The notes beneath the pieces were generated by a model that was not told where the DNA came from, searched no databases, and saw only the letters and a list, made by a program, of their open reading frames with translations. From the NCBI GenBank assembly GCA_016748015.1, contig JAAOMT010000161.1:1-64000 (forward strand): DNA of 64,000 nt, in the 5' to 3' direction. This document shows positions 11,201 to 25,067 of this stretch, one piece after another. The position numbers and the translations under genes are program-made. Source of the stretch: Geosiphon pyriformis uo1. Taxonomy: Eukaryota; Fungi; Glomeromycota. Numbering within the stretch: the stretch's first letter is position 1; each line of letters starts with the position of its first letter.

Positions 11201-12140
11201 CATGAAATTATCTTATAATTCCTATCATTAATTAGCATATATTATCGTTTCAAATTATCACTTATTATATTAGCAAAAATGTCCGAAATTATCATTTAAT
11301 TAATAACCCAAATTGTACACAACACAAATGTAACCTAATTGCGATGATCAATCATGCAATACCCCGAACTATGTAATATTCAAAAGTTTGCCGAAATTTG
11401 TAGAAATTTGCTGAAATAATTGATAGTTCACCGAAATATTTAATAGTTTGCAGAAATAACTTGTAGCCAAAATGTATCTTTAGTTCAGTGAAATTGTAGA
11501 AAATAGCAAAGTTCAAGTTCACAGAATAGTGTTATGACAAGTTGTATAAAAGAAAAGCTTCTCTCTTCGAGAAAATGTATCTTACTTTAGATTTATCACT
11601 TAGAACCACTTCTATACACACAAAAAGAAATAAATATAAAATAATTCAAAAAAACTCTTTAATTATTGCACTTGGAAAATTCTCAAAACTTAACTAACGT
11701 TTTGAAATTGATTAGCTACCAATTTCAATAAACTGTTAGTGACTCCAGACCTGGATTGAAAATGTCTTCCTTGACAAAATTCTATTTTTTTTACATTTTT
11801 TTTATTTTCTTTTTATTTTCTTACTATAATCATTAGGGTAGCCTACAGATGAGATTCCTGTAGAAGAGTTGACTTTTACAGCAAAGTAACTATACATTTT
11901 TTAGTGAGCTTCCAGATGAGCATTTCCTAAGAAAGAGTTGACATTTACTACAACATAACTACATAAAGCAACTGATATGGAATTGGCCATTCTACTTATA
12001 AGCCCAGCAATTCAAATTATAAGAGATAATTTGAAGATAAATTCAGTTACTGGAGGTTCAACCACATCCAAAAAACATGAATTCACAGCAAACAAGCATC
12101 AACAACATTTAAAAAAAGAGACCAAAAACCTCCAATAACA
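11169..12140 (+). repeat. 3' LTR of gypsy copy 1
   Basis: Direct repeat of 2282-3257; the differences are mostly transitions. Confidence 0.96.
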
Positions 12141-12149
12141 ACGTGGCAA

Positions 12150-14047
12150 TCTTTCAAACCAACCCAAACCTGAATACAGACAGTCCAATTTATCCAAAAC
12201 AGACTCAACCAAAACTTCCAAAGCCATTATCTTAGATTCCAAACCACCGACCTTGGTGGTCAAAATCTTAGAACTGCTTGAACTCAAGTCAGTATTTGTA
12301 TTATTGACGACCTAAGGAGGGAGAGCAGAAATCACCAAAGCACCATCCAAAACCATATCCATATTCAAACTAGAGATCACAGACATAGGAACCACCAGAG
12401 GAAAAACATCAAGTGTGACCACTGAGGGCACCAATTCTATGAAATCCAATTTCTTCAAAATATCAGAGATCTGGTCAGCCAAAAGTTTAAGAGAGCATTT
12501 CAAAGATGCTAAACAACTATACAAGTCATAATCACTAAGGGGGCAGAAGCAAATATAGATGTTTTAGCAACAAGGGATAGACCAGCACCAAAAAAAACCA
12601 AGGAAGCCACATGAGAAGAAAAACCACCAGCTACTTGAGCCCAAGTTTTGCCACCAAAAGAAACTGAACAGGCAATAAGGACTTGTTTCTTCTTATAAAT
12701 ACCAGCCAAGCAGATCCAATCTTGATCAGTTACCATCCACTTCCCACAAACTCTAGAATTTCTACCAATCAAACACACATCAGAGATATGACTAAATTGT
12801 TTACATTTGGCACAACAAGCCAGAGAAAGACCAGTCCATCGCAAATTCACACCCTTAAAAACCAGAACAGAACTAATAGCAGCCAACTTGGATGCTTCAT
12901 CAGCAAAACAAATCACAGCACATCTGTCATGTACATAGGAATTAGGATTACAGCCAATGAAACAGATTTTTCTACCATATGAATCCAATAAACCAGACAA
13001 ATCATGAACAGTAGTGCCAACTGACAAAGTATAAAGCAAAGCCCTATATTGATCTCTTGAAAACCATGATTGTTTGTCACCAATGGCTTTCGCCACCTGA
13101 ACAAAATTCTTTCCCATGGCAACAAACCAATTAGCTGTGACCAACTCAGCAATTTTAGATGATTTATATTTGACCAAAGCCTTTTGCCACAATCTTTTCA
13201 AACTTAGAAAACACAGATTCCACAGCTGATTTAGGAAGATTAACTGAAATCTCCTTGATAATTACTTCCTGATCCAAATGACTGTTTACTTTTCTTATCT
13301 CATCATTGACCAGAATTTTCTCACTAACATCCAATTCTTTTGCCTTTTTTAAACTAGATTCCAAAGTAAAAATAACCTGATAATTCTTGAAAATTTTGAG
13401 GGAGTAGAGGCTCTCCCAAAACCATCTACATGATAAAAAATTTTTTTCACACAAATCAACTTATTACCAATTGTTTTACCAGGCACAGCCAAAAGTTCAA
13501 TGTCAAGTGTGAAAGATTTCAACAAATTGAAGCTTTATTTTTTTAGAACATGTGATTCGAGCAGCAGCAGCTTATTGGACCCCAAAACCACATGAGAAAG
13601 AATTACTTACTCACTATTGTCATTACTCATACAGTTAAACAAAGGCTGCTTTGGTGGGTTTCCCAACACATATGTATGGATGCAAGTTTTTCTCAGTGTA
13701 GTCTTATCCATATTATTGTCCTCACCTGACTCTACATAGCTGGTTTCTTCGGCTACTATGTTCACCATATTTTTGATATCTAAGAGTTTGTTCACACTGC
13801 TAGTGACACTGCCAACTTTACTGCCCCAAGATACCACAGACTTGATGCCAACACCACCAATATCTCCCAAGCTCAGAGGGTCTGCAGACAAATCAACCAT
13901 GTCACCAACTACAGTTTTCTTTGGTTTCTTATATAATGCACTATGAGAGTAGACAGTATTTAAGTGATTTTTTTTAACATTCAGGTGGGTCCCCAAACCA
14001 GCCAAAACTGAGCCAGAACTACCAGCAGACAGATCTACTGGTTCTAT
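12150..14047 (-). pseudogene. LINE-1 ORF1 remnant (RRM-like domains, CCHC knuckle, C-terminal coiled coil)
   Basis: EVIIKEISVNLPKSAVESVFSKF, CAKCKQFSHISDVC, SSKILTTKVGGLESK; start codon decayed to ATA. Confidence 0.88.
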
Positions 14048-14194
14048 TATAACAAAAAGGGTTGTATTAAAAGAAATAACTTGAATGTACTAAGGAAAAA
14101 GAAATAAAATAAAGTGATTTCTTCTATAAATTTTTTCACTCTCATAGTGGTCAGAGGATCAATGAAAGAAGTTTTTTTTTTTTTTTTTTTTTTG

Positions 14195-15870
14195 TTTACA
14201 ATAAATATAATATAATTTATTTTAGATATTTTGTTTATAATATTTATTAAACAGTTAGCTATACATAATAAAAAGTTAGATTTAATATTAATATAATTTA
14301 TTATAATATAATCAAAATTATAGATTGGTCTTATATTTTTTTAATTTAATATTTAAATGTTTATATATATTCAAATATTATTAGCAAATTAACAACTGGT
14401 TTATATACATATATAATAAAATATTTATATAAACAACTATTTATTATAATTTAAAAATATTTATATAATAAGTTATACTTTAAAGTTTTTAGTTTTTATT
14501 GTAAGAATATTGGATTTTTTGATTATATTTTTATATGTAAATCAGATTTAAACATGTATTTAAAATTGATAAAAAATACAATTAAATTGTGAACTTTTAT
14601 TTATAAGTATTTAATCTCTTTAATTTTCAGTTTTATAATTTTATGTTTTTAAAATATTTAATAATAATTTATATATTATTATGTATAAAAAAGTTATTTT
14701 TGGTTTGTTAAAACTATTTTAATTTTCAAAAATATTAAGTTAATCTGTTTATAATTGATTTTTTTTGTATATTAATTAATAAAAAGTTTTTGGAAGAAAA
14801 TATAATTATAAAATTATAATAAAAAAATTTGGTTTTATAAATAATAATATTATTATTTATTATTGTTTATGTAGATTAATTAACTATTTATTTAATAAAG
14901 TAATATATATACTTAATATTTTTAAAGCTTTTATAATTAGTTTTAATTTATATAATAAGTATTTATTTTTTTGGTTTTAATAGAAATGTTAATATCATTA
15001 TAAATATATAATATAGTCTTAATTAGCTTAAATTACTGATTATATATATTAAATACATGAATTATATTTAATTATAAATATTTAATTTGTTTATATATAC
15101 TAAATTATAATTAGATTATATTTATAAAATAAAATAAAAAAAATTATAATAATAATAATAATTTTAAAAAATTGTCAAAATTTGATTTATTTTAAAAATA
15201 AAATACCAAAAAAAATATTGCTTAAACAAATTAATTTAAGTATTTTTATTGTTTAATTCTAATTAAAAAATCTATATAAAAACTTTACTGTTTTTTTAAT
15301 AATATTTTTTAACTTTTTTTATTATATTTATAAATATTTATTATTATAAAAAAATTTAATTAATCTGTATTTATGTGTTTTAAGTGGTATTTTTTTTTGG
15401 TAAAAATTTTTTTTAATTTTATTATTTAAATATTTAGTAAATTATTTAATTTTAAAGTAATAAAAATTATTTTAATACTAACTATAAAAAAAATTTTTTT
15501 TCAGATTAATAATATTATAAACTAAACAAAATATGTTATAATATGTAATAAAAATATATAATAACAATAAATTGTTATACTAATAATTGTAAAGTTAGTT
15601 TTAATAAAAATTTTAAATTTAAACACAAATTTTATTATTAAAAAACATAAAAATCTTTAATTCAATTTTATAAAAAAAGATTAAAAAAATTCTGTTTTAT
15701 TAAATTTTAAAAAAATCTTTTAAAAATTAAAATAATTTGAATCACAATATGGTTTTACATTTTAATTATTATTAATAATAAATTACATTTGAAAAAAAAA
15801 GATGCAAAAAATAATTTCGATCATATTTTTTATCAAAAAAATCTTTAATTTATCTTGTAAATATATTTCA
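14195..15870. other. Extremely AT-rich tract, probably an eroded repeat
   Basis: Almost no CpG, no ORFs, adjacent to TEs. Confidence 0.55.
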
Positions 15871-16797
15871 ATGAAAATTTTAATTAACCAAGCTGTTTAA
15901 AAAAGTACAAGTTTGTAGAGAAAAAACCACAAGCAGGAGAAAACAAGAAAATACAAAATCAAATTTGAAACCTGTTAAAAAGCACAAAAACTGTGGCACT
16001 ATTGTGGCGTTTAAAAAGCATGCCTCAAATAAAGCACCAGTTATAAATAAAAGGATCGGGACCTTTAAACGCAAATTTGCGCATGCGTCACATGCACGAT
16101 AGTCACGAAATACCAATACTCCCCAAATTTCAAGTATTTTTTTAGAGGTTCATGGGAATTCTGGAGACCTGTTAAAATATTTTTTGGGGATAGTTTCCTC
16201 GACCGGCAAAAGTTGCAAACCCTTTATTTCCCCGAGCTGCTTTCTTGTTAAATAAATAAATAAATAAATGGGAAATTTAGTGGTTTTTACGTGATTTTTA
16301 ACTCTTTTAGATAAGAAAAATGGGATTGATCATTTTTAAAATGATAACATGATCAAAGTTTCTCTTTGTGAAGAATCTCAGGATCAATGATTTATCAGAT
16401 AAAAGACAAGAATTGCAACCATGGATGATAGATAAAGAAGAAAATTTCTTAAACGCACATTCCAAATACTCAATGAACAAAGACAGGAAAGAAAATAAAT
16501 AAACTGAAATATCATAATAAAAAGAATGGAGATTTTCAGTCAATTTTATCTGTGTAATTCTGGGGTGGTGGTGGTAGTGATAGAGCACTTTTGCTAATCC
16601 TAGTCGATTAATAGTTTTTTTTTTTTGAAATTATCCGACTTAATTAAAAAAATTACCAGATCAATTCTGAAAAAGGAATCTTTCAAGGAAATTATTAGTC
16701 AAATCAAAATTTCAGATTCGGATTTACACGTAAGAGCGGAATTACTTTGCTTAAATCATTTTCACTAGGGCCCCAAGGGTTTCGTTTCATAGAAAAG

Positions 16798-16853
16798 AGT
16801 AGTAATAGTAGTAGTATTAGTAGTAATAATAGTAGTAATAATAGTAGTAATAA

Positions 16854-16895
<42 letters not shown>

Positions 16896-16909
16896 CAGTA
16901 GTAGTAGTA
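16798..16909. repeat. (TAG/TAA)n microsatellite
   Basis: Direct inspection. Confidence 0.95.
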
Positions 16910-17665
16910 AAGGTGAAAGATAGCCTTGTAGAAAGATTGGGGAAGTTGTGTTTCGAATGCAGTAACATTACTCGATTGAATAAAACATTGATCTTCAGGA
17001 TATCATGATCCATTATTCTGATTCATTATTCTGGGTGAAAAATTCACCTTTTTTATTGTTGCTGTTGTTGTTGTTGTTGTTGTTGTTGTTTTATTCATTT
17101 ACACCATACAAAATGAGAGTAGGGTCAGCTGTCAAAGAGTTGTTAATTTTCCAGAACATCTTGTCATCAATTTTTAATAATCATGGTTTTTTATCAGTAT
17201 CAAGAATATTTGTACACGAATACCAAAAGAGAAGAAGGAACACGAGTGTTGAATGTTGAGATTGAATGTTTATCAATGTTTGAGTCTCTTTCTTACAAGG
17301 TTAAAATTTAAAGAGTGTCAAAATAGTAGATGGGGAATCATAAATACGGGGGTTTTATAGTTCCGATTGTCGTGATCTTCATTTATATTTTTGATGATTA
17401 TGTTGATGTTTGATGTGTTGATGTGTTAATATTTGATGTGTTGATGTTGATGTTGATGTTGATGTTTGATATTTGATATTTGATGAGGAGAATGAATTTT
17501 TTTTAATTATACATGACAAAAAAAACTAAAGATTGCGTGCACAAGCAAAAATATAAATGATGAAAATAAGTCTATTTTAAAATTTGAGAAATAACAAATA
17601 CAAATCAAATCATTTCAAAATTTTTTAAAAATTTGTTTGATTTCAGGACCCTCGTTGGTTGATAA

Positions 17666-17716
<51 letters not shown>

Positions 17717-17760
17717 CGACAACAACGACAGCAACAACGACAACAACAACGACAGCAACA
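17666..17760. repeat. (AAC)n microsatellite
   Basis: Direct inspection. Confidence 0.95.
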
Positions 17761-18306
17761 ATAAAAAAACAATCACAATCACAACAAAAATTTTCGAATT
17801 TTATTCTTACAAATATTTTAGAATTCTATGTGAATCAATATTTTTTGTAATGAAATTCTGTATTTATAAATATTTGAATTAAAGATTTACCAACTAACCG
17901 TTAAGTTGGATTTATACTGAGCACCCGCAGCTTTTCATGTCAAAATCAGATATGATAAAAAAAATTTAAGATCAGCAACGAGAATGTTGATCAAATAGAG
18001 ATTTTTTTTGACGCCATGGAATTTTAAATGCTTTTATGGCTAGGCTTACCGAGCTTTCAAGTATGAAAATGGATGAGGCTTTGCATATTCAGCTTTATTC
18101 AGAAACTGAAGATTTGAATCAGTTTTATCCTATTACCGAATGCGGCTGGTTTTTGGACAGAATTCGAATGGATAAAGCTTAGCACCGGCTAGAATGATGT
18201 AGTCACATGTGAAACTGTTAATTCATTTAAGGTTCCTTCTGTATTCATTCCGAATAATGGGAAAATTTTCCCATCTCCGTCTTCTTCTTCGTCGTCGTCG
18301 TCGTCG

Positions 18307-18342
<36 letters not shown>

Positions 18343-18767
18343 TCCTATCTTGAAAGAATAACTTTATTAGGGAACAAACTCACCAAAAATGACTTATCGG
18401 TCGATTGATGATTTATGATCTAGATGGGAGCTGAAGAAAATTTCTTTTCTTTCGAAATCTTGCCTTTTCCATTAGAGTTTTTCGGTTTTTGCAATTATCA
18501 GACCAAGAAAAAAATATCCAGTTCACCGCATGCGAATAAAACAAGGTTTTTTTTTTTGGATCGGTGAAGTTAGCATGATTTATTATTATTATTATTATTA
18601 TTTCATTTTTTTGAAATTTCTCACGAAGATTAAACTAAAACTTTTTTGATTTCTGTTAAGCGTGCAAGATGTAGCTAAAGGAGAAAGTAAATGTAATAGT
18701 GACAGGAAGAAACAGGAAAGCGGCGTTTTGAGACTATCCTCATTAGCCATGTTGTATGTTTATATAC

Positions 18768-18838
18768 ACAGACAGACAGACAGACAGACAGACAGATGGA
18801 CGGACGGACGGACGGACAGATAGACAGGCAGACAGACA
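18768..18838. repeat. (GACA)n/(GACG)n compound microsatellite
   Basis: Direct inspection. Confidence 0.9.
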
Positions 18839-19295
18839 AGCGGGAATGATTATTAGTTTAGGTGATACTTTTGATATGATATTACATATTTACTGCTTGG
18901 AAATTACAGACGCCACGCCTTAAATGTGATGCCACACACACGTTGTTGATTGAAAACGTGTATTTTAAACAAATTGTATTGATATGATGTGTTTGTGGTG
19001 ATTTTTGATCTGCGTTATAAACAGTGGGGTATGACTATATTGAAAATTCCCGAGTTTTTTTTTTTTTTTTTTTTTTTTATTGATAGAGAAATTGAAAATA
19101 CATTTATTTTAACAATAGTTGGTAGATTATAAAAAACTAGATTTAATAAATCAACCAAAAGCCACCCCACCTTTCGCCTTTCACCTTTCATGATGATATG
19201 ATATTATATTATATTATATTATATCATATCCTGTGATAACTTTTTTTTTTTTATTTATATTTTTGATAGTAGGACCTTATAATTATGAAATCATG

Positions 19296-19408
<113 letters not shown>

Positions 19409-19709
19409 TACTTATGTGATATATTTTAAACAATCAGGAGAATATCCCCCGAGTTGACGGTGGTGCGTATAGTCGAGGGCCTCATGAAATAAATAAATAA
19501 ATCAATATGAGTTATCAAACGGATCTATTGCCTGTTTCTTGTTTAAAATGATGAAAAAGTTAAAATTTTGAATTTTTTCTTTGATCTCAGAATTTGCCCA
19601 AAGATGGGATGAGGTTCGCAAAAATTTTATCTTTATGAGGCGAAGTTTACAAAGAAATCAACCTAATACACATAATAATCATTATTATCAAACACCGACT
19701 TGAGGATTA

Positions 19710-19761
<52 letters not shown>

Positions 19762-20164
19762 TATAATTTGGAGTTTTACAAATTGATAAATGCTTTCATC
19801 TTATCTATTATATATCTGTATATGTTGGTGTCTGGTGTCTGTGTGTGTGTATGTGTGTGTGTGTGTGTGTGTGTGCCCAAGGACCGCCCCGTTGTCGTAG
19901 ACGCCTGCCTCCAGGTTTTTTTTAAAGTGCGCGTGTGAAAACTTTTATTTTACCAACGTAGATCTTGGGATAATCATCACAATGTAAAATGACACATTAA
20001 AAAAGTGATTGTGATAAGATTGATTTTGATTATCCATGATATTCGAATCAAAAATTCTTCATAATCTAAGGTGATATTGGAATTATTTTCGCCAAGATTC
20101 TAGAATTGGAAATTTAGATCAAGAATCGAGCAAGTTCATTTGTTATGAGAATCTTTGTTGACTT

Positions 20165-20260
20165 TTGTTGCTGTTGCTGTTGCTGTTACTGTTGCTGTTA
20201 CTGTTTTTGTTGTTGTCGTTTTTGTTGTTGTTGTTGTTGTTGTTGTTTTTGTTGTTGTTT

Positions 20261-20293
<33 letters not shown>
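20165..20293. repeat. (TTG/CTG)n microsatellite
   Basis: Direct inspection. Confidence 0.92.
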
Positions 20294-20294
<1 letters not shown>

Positions 20295-21097
20295 ATTATT
20301 GTCACTTTTTATTTTTTAAATTTTTTAAATTTTTTTTTTTGCACGGCCGCCTCTTCGCCCGTTACACGTGACCAAAGGTGTTTCCCGTAACGAAATTCAA
20401 TGAAATATTTCTTTTTAAAAAGTGATAATGAGTTAAAAGTTATAGGTTATGAGTTATAAGTTATGAGTTATAAGTTATGAATTAATTATTATCTCAATAT
20501 GAATATGAATTATGAATTATGAATTATGAAATAGTTATAATCAAATCCTAATTNNNNNNNNNNNNNNNNNNNNNNNNNNNNNNNNNNNNNNNNNNNNNNN
20601 NNNNNNNNNNNNNNNNNNNNNNNNNNNNNNNNNNNNNNNNNNNNNNNNNNNNNNNNNNNNNNNNNNNNNNNNNNNNNNNNNNNNNNNNNNNNNNNNNNNN
20701 NNNNNNNNNNNNNNNNNNNNNNNNNNNNNNNNNNNNNNNGAAGTTAAGAAGAAGAAGAAGAAGAGGGTAATACTATCACGAACATGGAATGATTGGCGGC
20801 TCGGTGATTGAGAAAGAAACGAATGTTTTTGCGAATAATAGGAATATTGAAAGGGATTGTGGATGGTGTTGAGGGGTGATATTTTAAAATGAGGAATCAC
20901 CAAAAAAGTCGGTGGAACAAGAGAGCGTTGACAATATGTTTTGGGTGCTGGTAAAATTTTTGATATAGTATTTTGACTGATTTCAATCAATCAATCAATC
21001 AATCAACCAAATAAATTAATCAATGAATCAATTTTTAAAAAAAAAAAGGTCTTTATCCCCTGCGTCATAACTATTTTCAAACTTTATGATGATGATG

Positions 21098-21179
<82 letters not shown>

Positions 21180-22638
21180 TGGAGGATATTTGTTCTCACA
21201 ACTTTCTTCTTCCCCCTTTTCATTTTTCTTCCAAATCTACGCCAATTACTTTCAAAGTATCGTTCGAATTTCACACAGCGCAAACAACATTTAAAACTAA
21301 TACACAAACATCCCCAAAAAAAACTTTTTTTCTCCAATCATAGGATTTGGTCCTATAAATCACATATCCACTTTTATCTCGCTTCCCTTTCTTCTGATCC
21401 ATTCAAATAACCAATCAAAACAGTTATCTATTTACCTACCCGTCTCATACAAACAAGAAGACTCTATAATTCATGATCAAAGCCATTTTCTTGTGTACCT
21501 GACTCAGAGTCTAATGAATGACATAAAAACGAAGAATTGTTCATATCCTGATTGTTTGTTGAATGGAATGGAATAGAGTGGAGTGGGGTGAGGTGGGCGG
21601 GCGGGCGGGTGGGTGAGTGGGTCGGTGGGTAGGGGTTTTTTTTTTTTTTTTACAATATAATTATCACAAGTTTAATATTATAAGAGTATCACATATTTTT
21701 TTTGATTCACTCGTCGTCGCGTATCCACTTGGTAATCAATGATTATGTGACACTTTATATCCGAAAACCAGTGGTAAAATTGTTTGGATGATGATCCGGT
21801 TTTTAGCGGAAATTATTGTGTGCCATCAAAGTTGGCGGTGTTCTTTGATATAGTTCAAAACTCCCGAACATAGACTGGTTTAAGACGCATTGTTTCAATA
21901 ATTTTCGGTTATCTAATTACCGATTCGAAACTCATCTCGTGCACCGCCCACCGCCACCTTTTTCTCAATGACTTGTAATGTTTAGGGAAAAGAGTTCAGT
22001 TCAATTTAATTCAATTCAATTCAATTCAATTAATTTTGTTCCTTCTTCTTTCGTTTTTTTTTTTTTTTTTTTTTTTTTTNNNNNNNNNNNNNNNNNNNNA
22101 AACTTTATATGGTTCTAACCTTAAATTGAAAAAATATATATATATATATATATATTTATATAAATTATACTTTTATTATCTATTCAAATAGAATTTTCGA
22201 TTTCACAAAAATTACCCACTTTCAAATTCTAATTCTCTTACTTTTTTTTTTTACCTCACCAGTTATCATGACTCAATTTTTTTTATTTTTTTACCTGTTC
22301 GATACTAAAAAAGATTTTTTTAATACTATTATAGTCGTAGAAGTTACACTTAACTACACAGACACATACAAACAAAAAAAAAAAAAATCCACTCCACAAA
22401 CATTTAACAAGTTTTATTTTTTCCCTTCTTCTTTTAAACGAGAGATCAGATGTACGGGTGTACAAAAAAAAATACTTTTTTTAAAAATTTATAAACTATA
22501 TAAATATATAAATATATATAAAATGTCTTGTCACAAATCTCAAAAGAAAGATTACTCTACTCTACTCTACTCTATTTTACCTTACTCTATACTCTATACT
22601 CTATTCTCTATACTCTATAATAAAAAAAAAACAATTCA

Positions 22639-22675
<37 letters not shown>

Positions 22676-22776
22676 GTTGTTGTTGTAGTTGTTTTCGATA
22701 ATGTGTTTATTTCTATTAGCTCAAATTAGAAAAAAAATTTCTTAGTGTTAATGTTAGTGGCCTAGTAATATAGATG

Positions 22777-22817
<41 letters not shown>

Positions 22818-24330
22818 NNNNNNNNNNNNNNNNNNNNTTTTTTTTTTTTTTTTTTTTTGATTCCTTAATCAATTTTCTCAAAAATATTAAAAATTGATGG
22901 ATAATTTTAAATCTGATTGATTGAAATCTTTTGTATCGGGGAAAATTTCAAAGATTTACGATTGATCTGATGATCAAGTGAATTTAATTTTTTATTTTAT
23001 TTTATTTTAAAAAAAAAAAAAAAGAAGACTTTATTTTTTAGTAGTAACAAAAAAAGGAAATTTTTCTTTTCACAATAAAATGCTGTTTTTATTTGAGAAA
23101 TCAATAATGATGAGAGACTCATGTTTCTTTTGATTCATTTTAAGCATTGAAATTCAATTTGATTATTTAAAAGATTTGTTGTTGCATGAAAAAGATCTTC
23201 ATAATCCTCGTGAGATGTTTCTCATGTTTCATGTTGAGTTTCTTTTTGACAGCCAGAAAGCCAGCCAGTCAGGCAAGGTCTACTACCTACACCAAAAGAT
23301 TAGATAAATAAAAATCAATTAAATTCTTTTCACCATTAAAAAATAATAAACTAAACAATCATTCAGATTTCCCGCCCAACTCAACAACAACAACATTGGT
23401 GAGGAATTCCCAAACAACAACAACAACTACAACAATTTTAATTAATAACCCATTCGGATATTTTTTTCAAAGCCACGTTCACCGCAAATCTCAATCATTA
23501 TAATCAAAATCATTATCATCATCATCATCATCACTAAATATCAACAAAAAAGGTTTCGTATCACATCTGGGGTTATAATTAAAAAAATTTTTTTTTTTTT
23601 AAAATTTCCGACATTTTTTTATCTACCAAGCTTTCCAATTCGGATTTAGTTTGTTAAATTATTATGAAGATTCTCTCAACCGTCCCTCTCTAAACACACA
23701 CACATATACAATTACACATCAAATTATGAAGTCTAGCCTTTTGGATCTTCATTCATTCACCAAATAATATTCATTAATTCATTCAAAATTTCATCCACAC
23801 ATACATATACACACACAATAACATTGTCATATCCCAAATAAATAATAATAATAATAATAATACTAATAAGAATAATAATAATAATATAACTTGGGAAAAA
23901 AGAATAACCATATTTTCTCAATTCAGAAATTGACTCAAAAAATTTCCTTTTGAAGTTTAGTAATAGAGCTACCTGTCAAAATACAGAAGACATACATACA
24001 TACATACACAGAGATTCTCTTAACTATTTATATTTATATATATATATATATTTAAAGAAAAAGAAAACTGAATCGATGCACCCGGAAATTTATTTATTTA
24101 TTTATTTATTGACGCAAATTTATCTTATACTATTATTATTATTATTATTATTATTCAATAATAAATTTGATGTGAATGTAGATGCATGCAAGGTTGTTTT
24201 TTGTTTTTTTTGATTCTACTTTCCTGTTATTTACCGTTTTTGTAAATTTTTTTTATTATTTTTTTACACAGCCACTCAATTTAAAAAATCTTTTTTATCG
24301 ATTCAAAAAANNNNNNNNNNNNNNNNNNNN

Positions 24331-24384
<54 letters not shown>

Positions 24385-24674
24385 TTTCCTGTATTTCTTG
24401 ATTTCCCAAACAAGTTTTTTTAAAGTTTAATTACCAAAGTAACGTATCACAAATTGTAAAAAAAAATGAAAAAAAAAAAAACTGTCAACACTGTCGTATA
24501 TATTAAAAAACTTTTTGTCCCTCAATTTTATCCCCCCTGATCAAATAAATTTTTCTTTTAAATAATATATATATTTTTTTTTGAACATATATACTATTAA
24601 ACACTCTATACCACACACACACCCTCACGCACCCCATCCATCCACCTCCCCTCACCCCAAAGGTGGAAACATAT

Positions 24675-24682
24675 TATATAAG
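24675..24682 (+). promoter_or_regulatory. Candidate TATA box of the Crz1-like gene
   Basis: TATATAAG about 390 nt upstream of the ATG, followed by a pyrimidine-rich leader. Confidence 0.4.
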
Positions 24683-25067
24683 GACAGCCTCACTGCTCAA
24701 AGCCATTCTTTACTTTTTTTACTCCTTTTACTTATCGTAATCTCTCATTCAGTAAAAATAAAATTTATTGATACGATAATTAAAAAAAAAAAAAAGAAAA
24801 AGAAAAAGTGTTTCCATATTATAAAGAGATTTAAAAAAAGTTTCTTTTTGATCATTTTTCTTTGTCTTCTTCGTTGTAGTAAATACACACGCTCTTATAG
24901 TACTCTGAATTCATTCGATTTCTAAAAAAGACATTGTTCGATTTTTCTCTTCAATACCTCTACACAAACTTTTTTATCATTTGAATTATTGATCTTTTTC
25001 CACGCTTAAAATCCCTTTTCGTTTAAATCAAACACAAAGTTTTATATTTTGAAAATCTTTTTCCAAG

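Larger units (their letters stand above)
2282..12140 (+). mobile_element. Ty3/gypsy LTR retrotransposon copy 1, full length (~9.86 kb), 4-bp TSD ACGT
   Basis: Two ~975-bp LTRs (TG…CA), PBS, PPT, and Gag-PR-dUTPase-RT-RH-IN order. ACGT occurs at 2278-2281 and 12141-12144. Confidence 0.97.
390..14171 (-). mobile_element. LINE copy 1 (APE-type non-LTR retrotransposon), degenerate, interrupted by gypsy copy 1 and by LTR B
   Basis: ORF1 fragments (12150-14047) and ORF2 APE/RT fragments (390-2281) are collinear with LINE copies 2 and 3. Removing the gypsy and one TSD restores K-I-A-T-Y-N-I-R (consensus WKIATCNVRG). The 5' UTR motif is shared with the other copies. Confidence 0.93.

Noticed and set aside
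18036-18182. 48-codon ORF MARLTELSSMKMDEALHIQ…
   Set aside because: Short, with no recognisable motif or supporting exons; compatible with chance.
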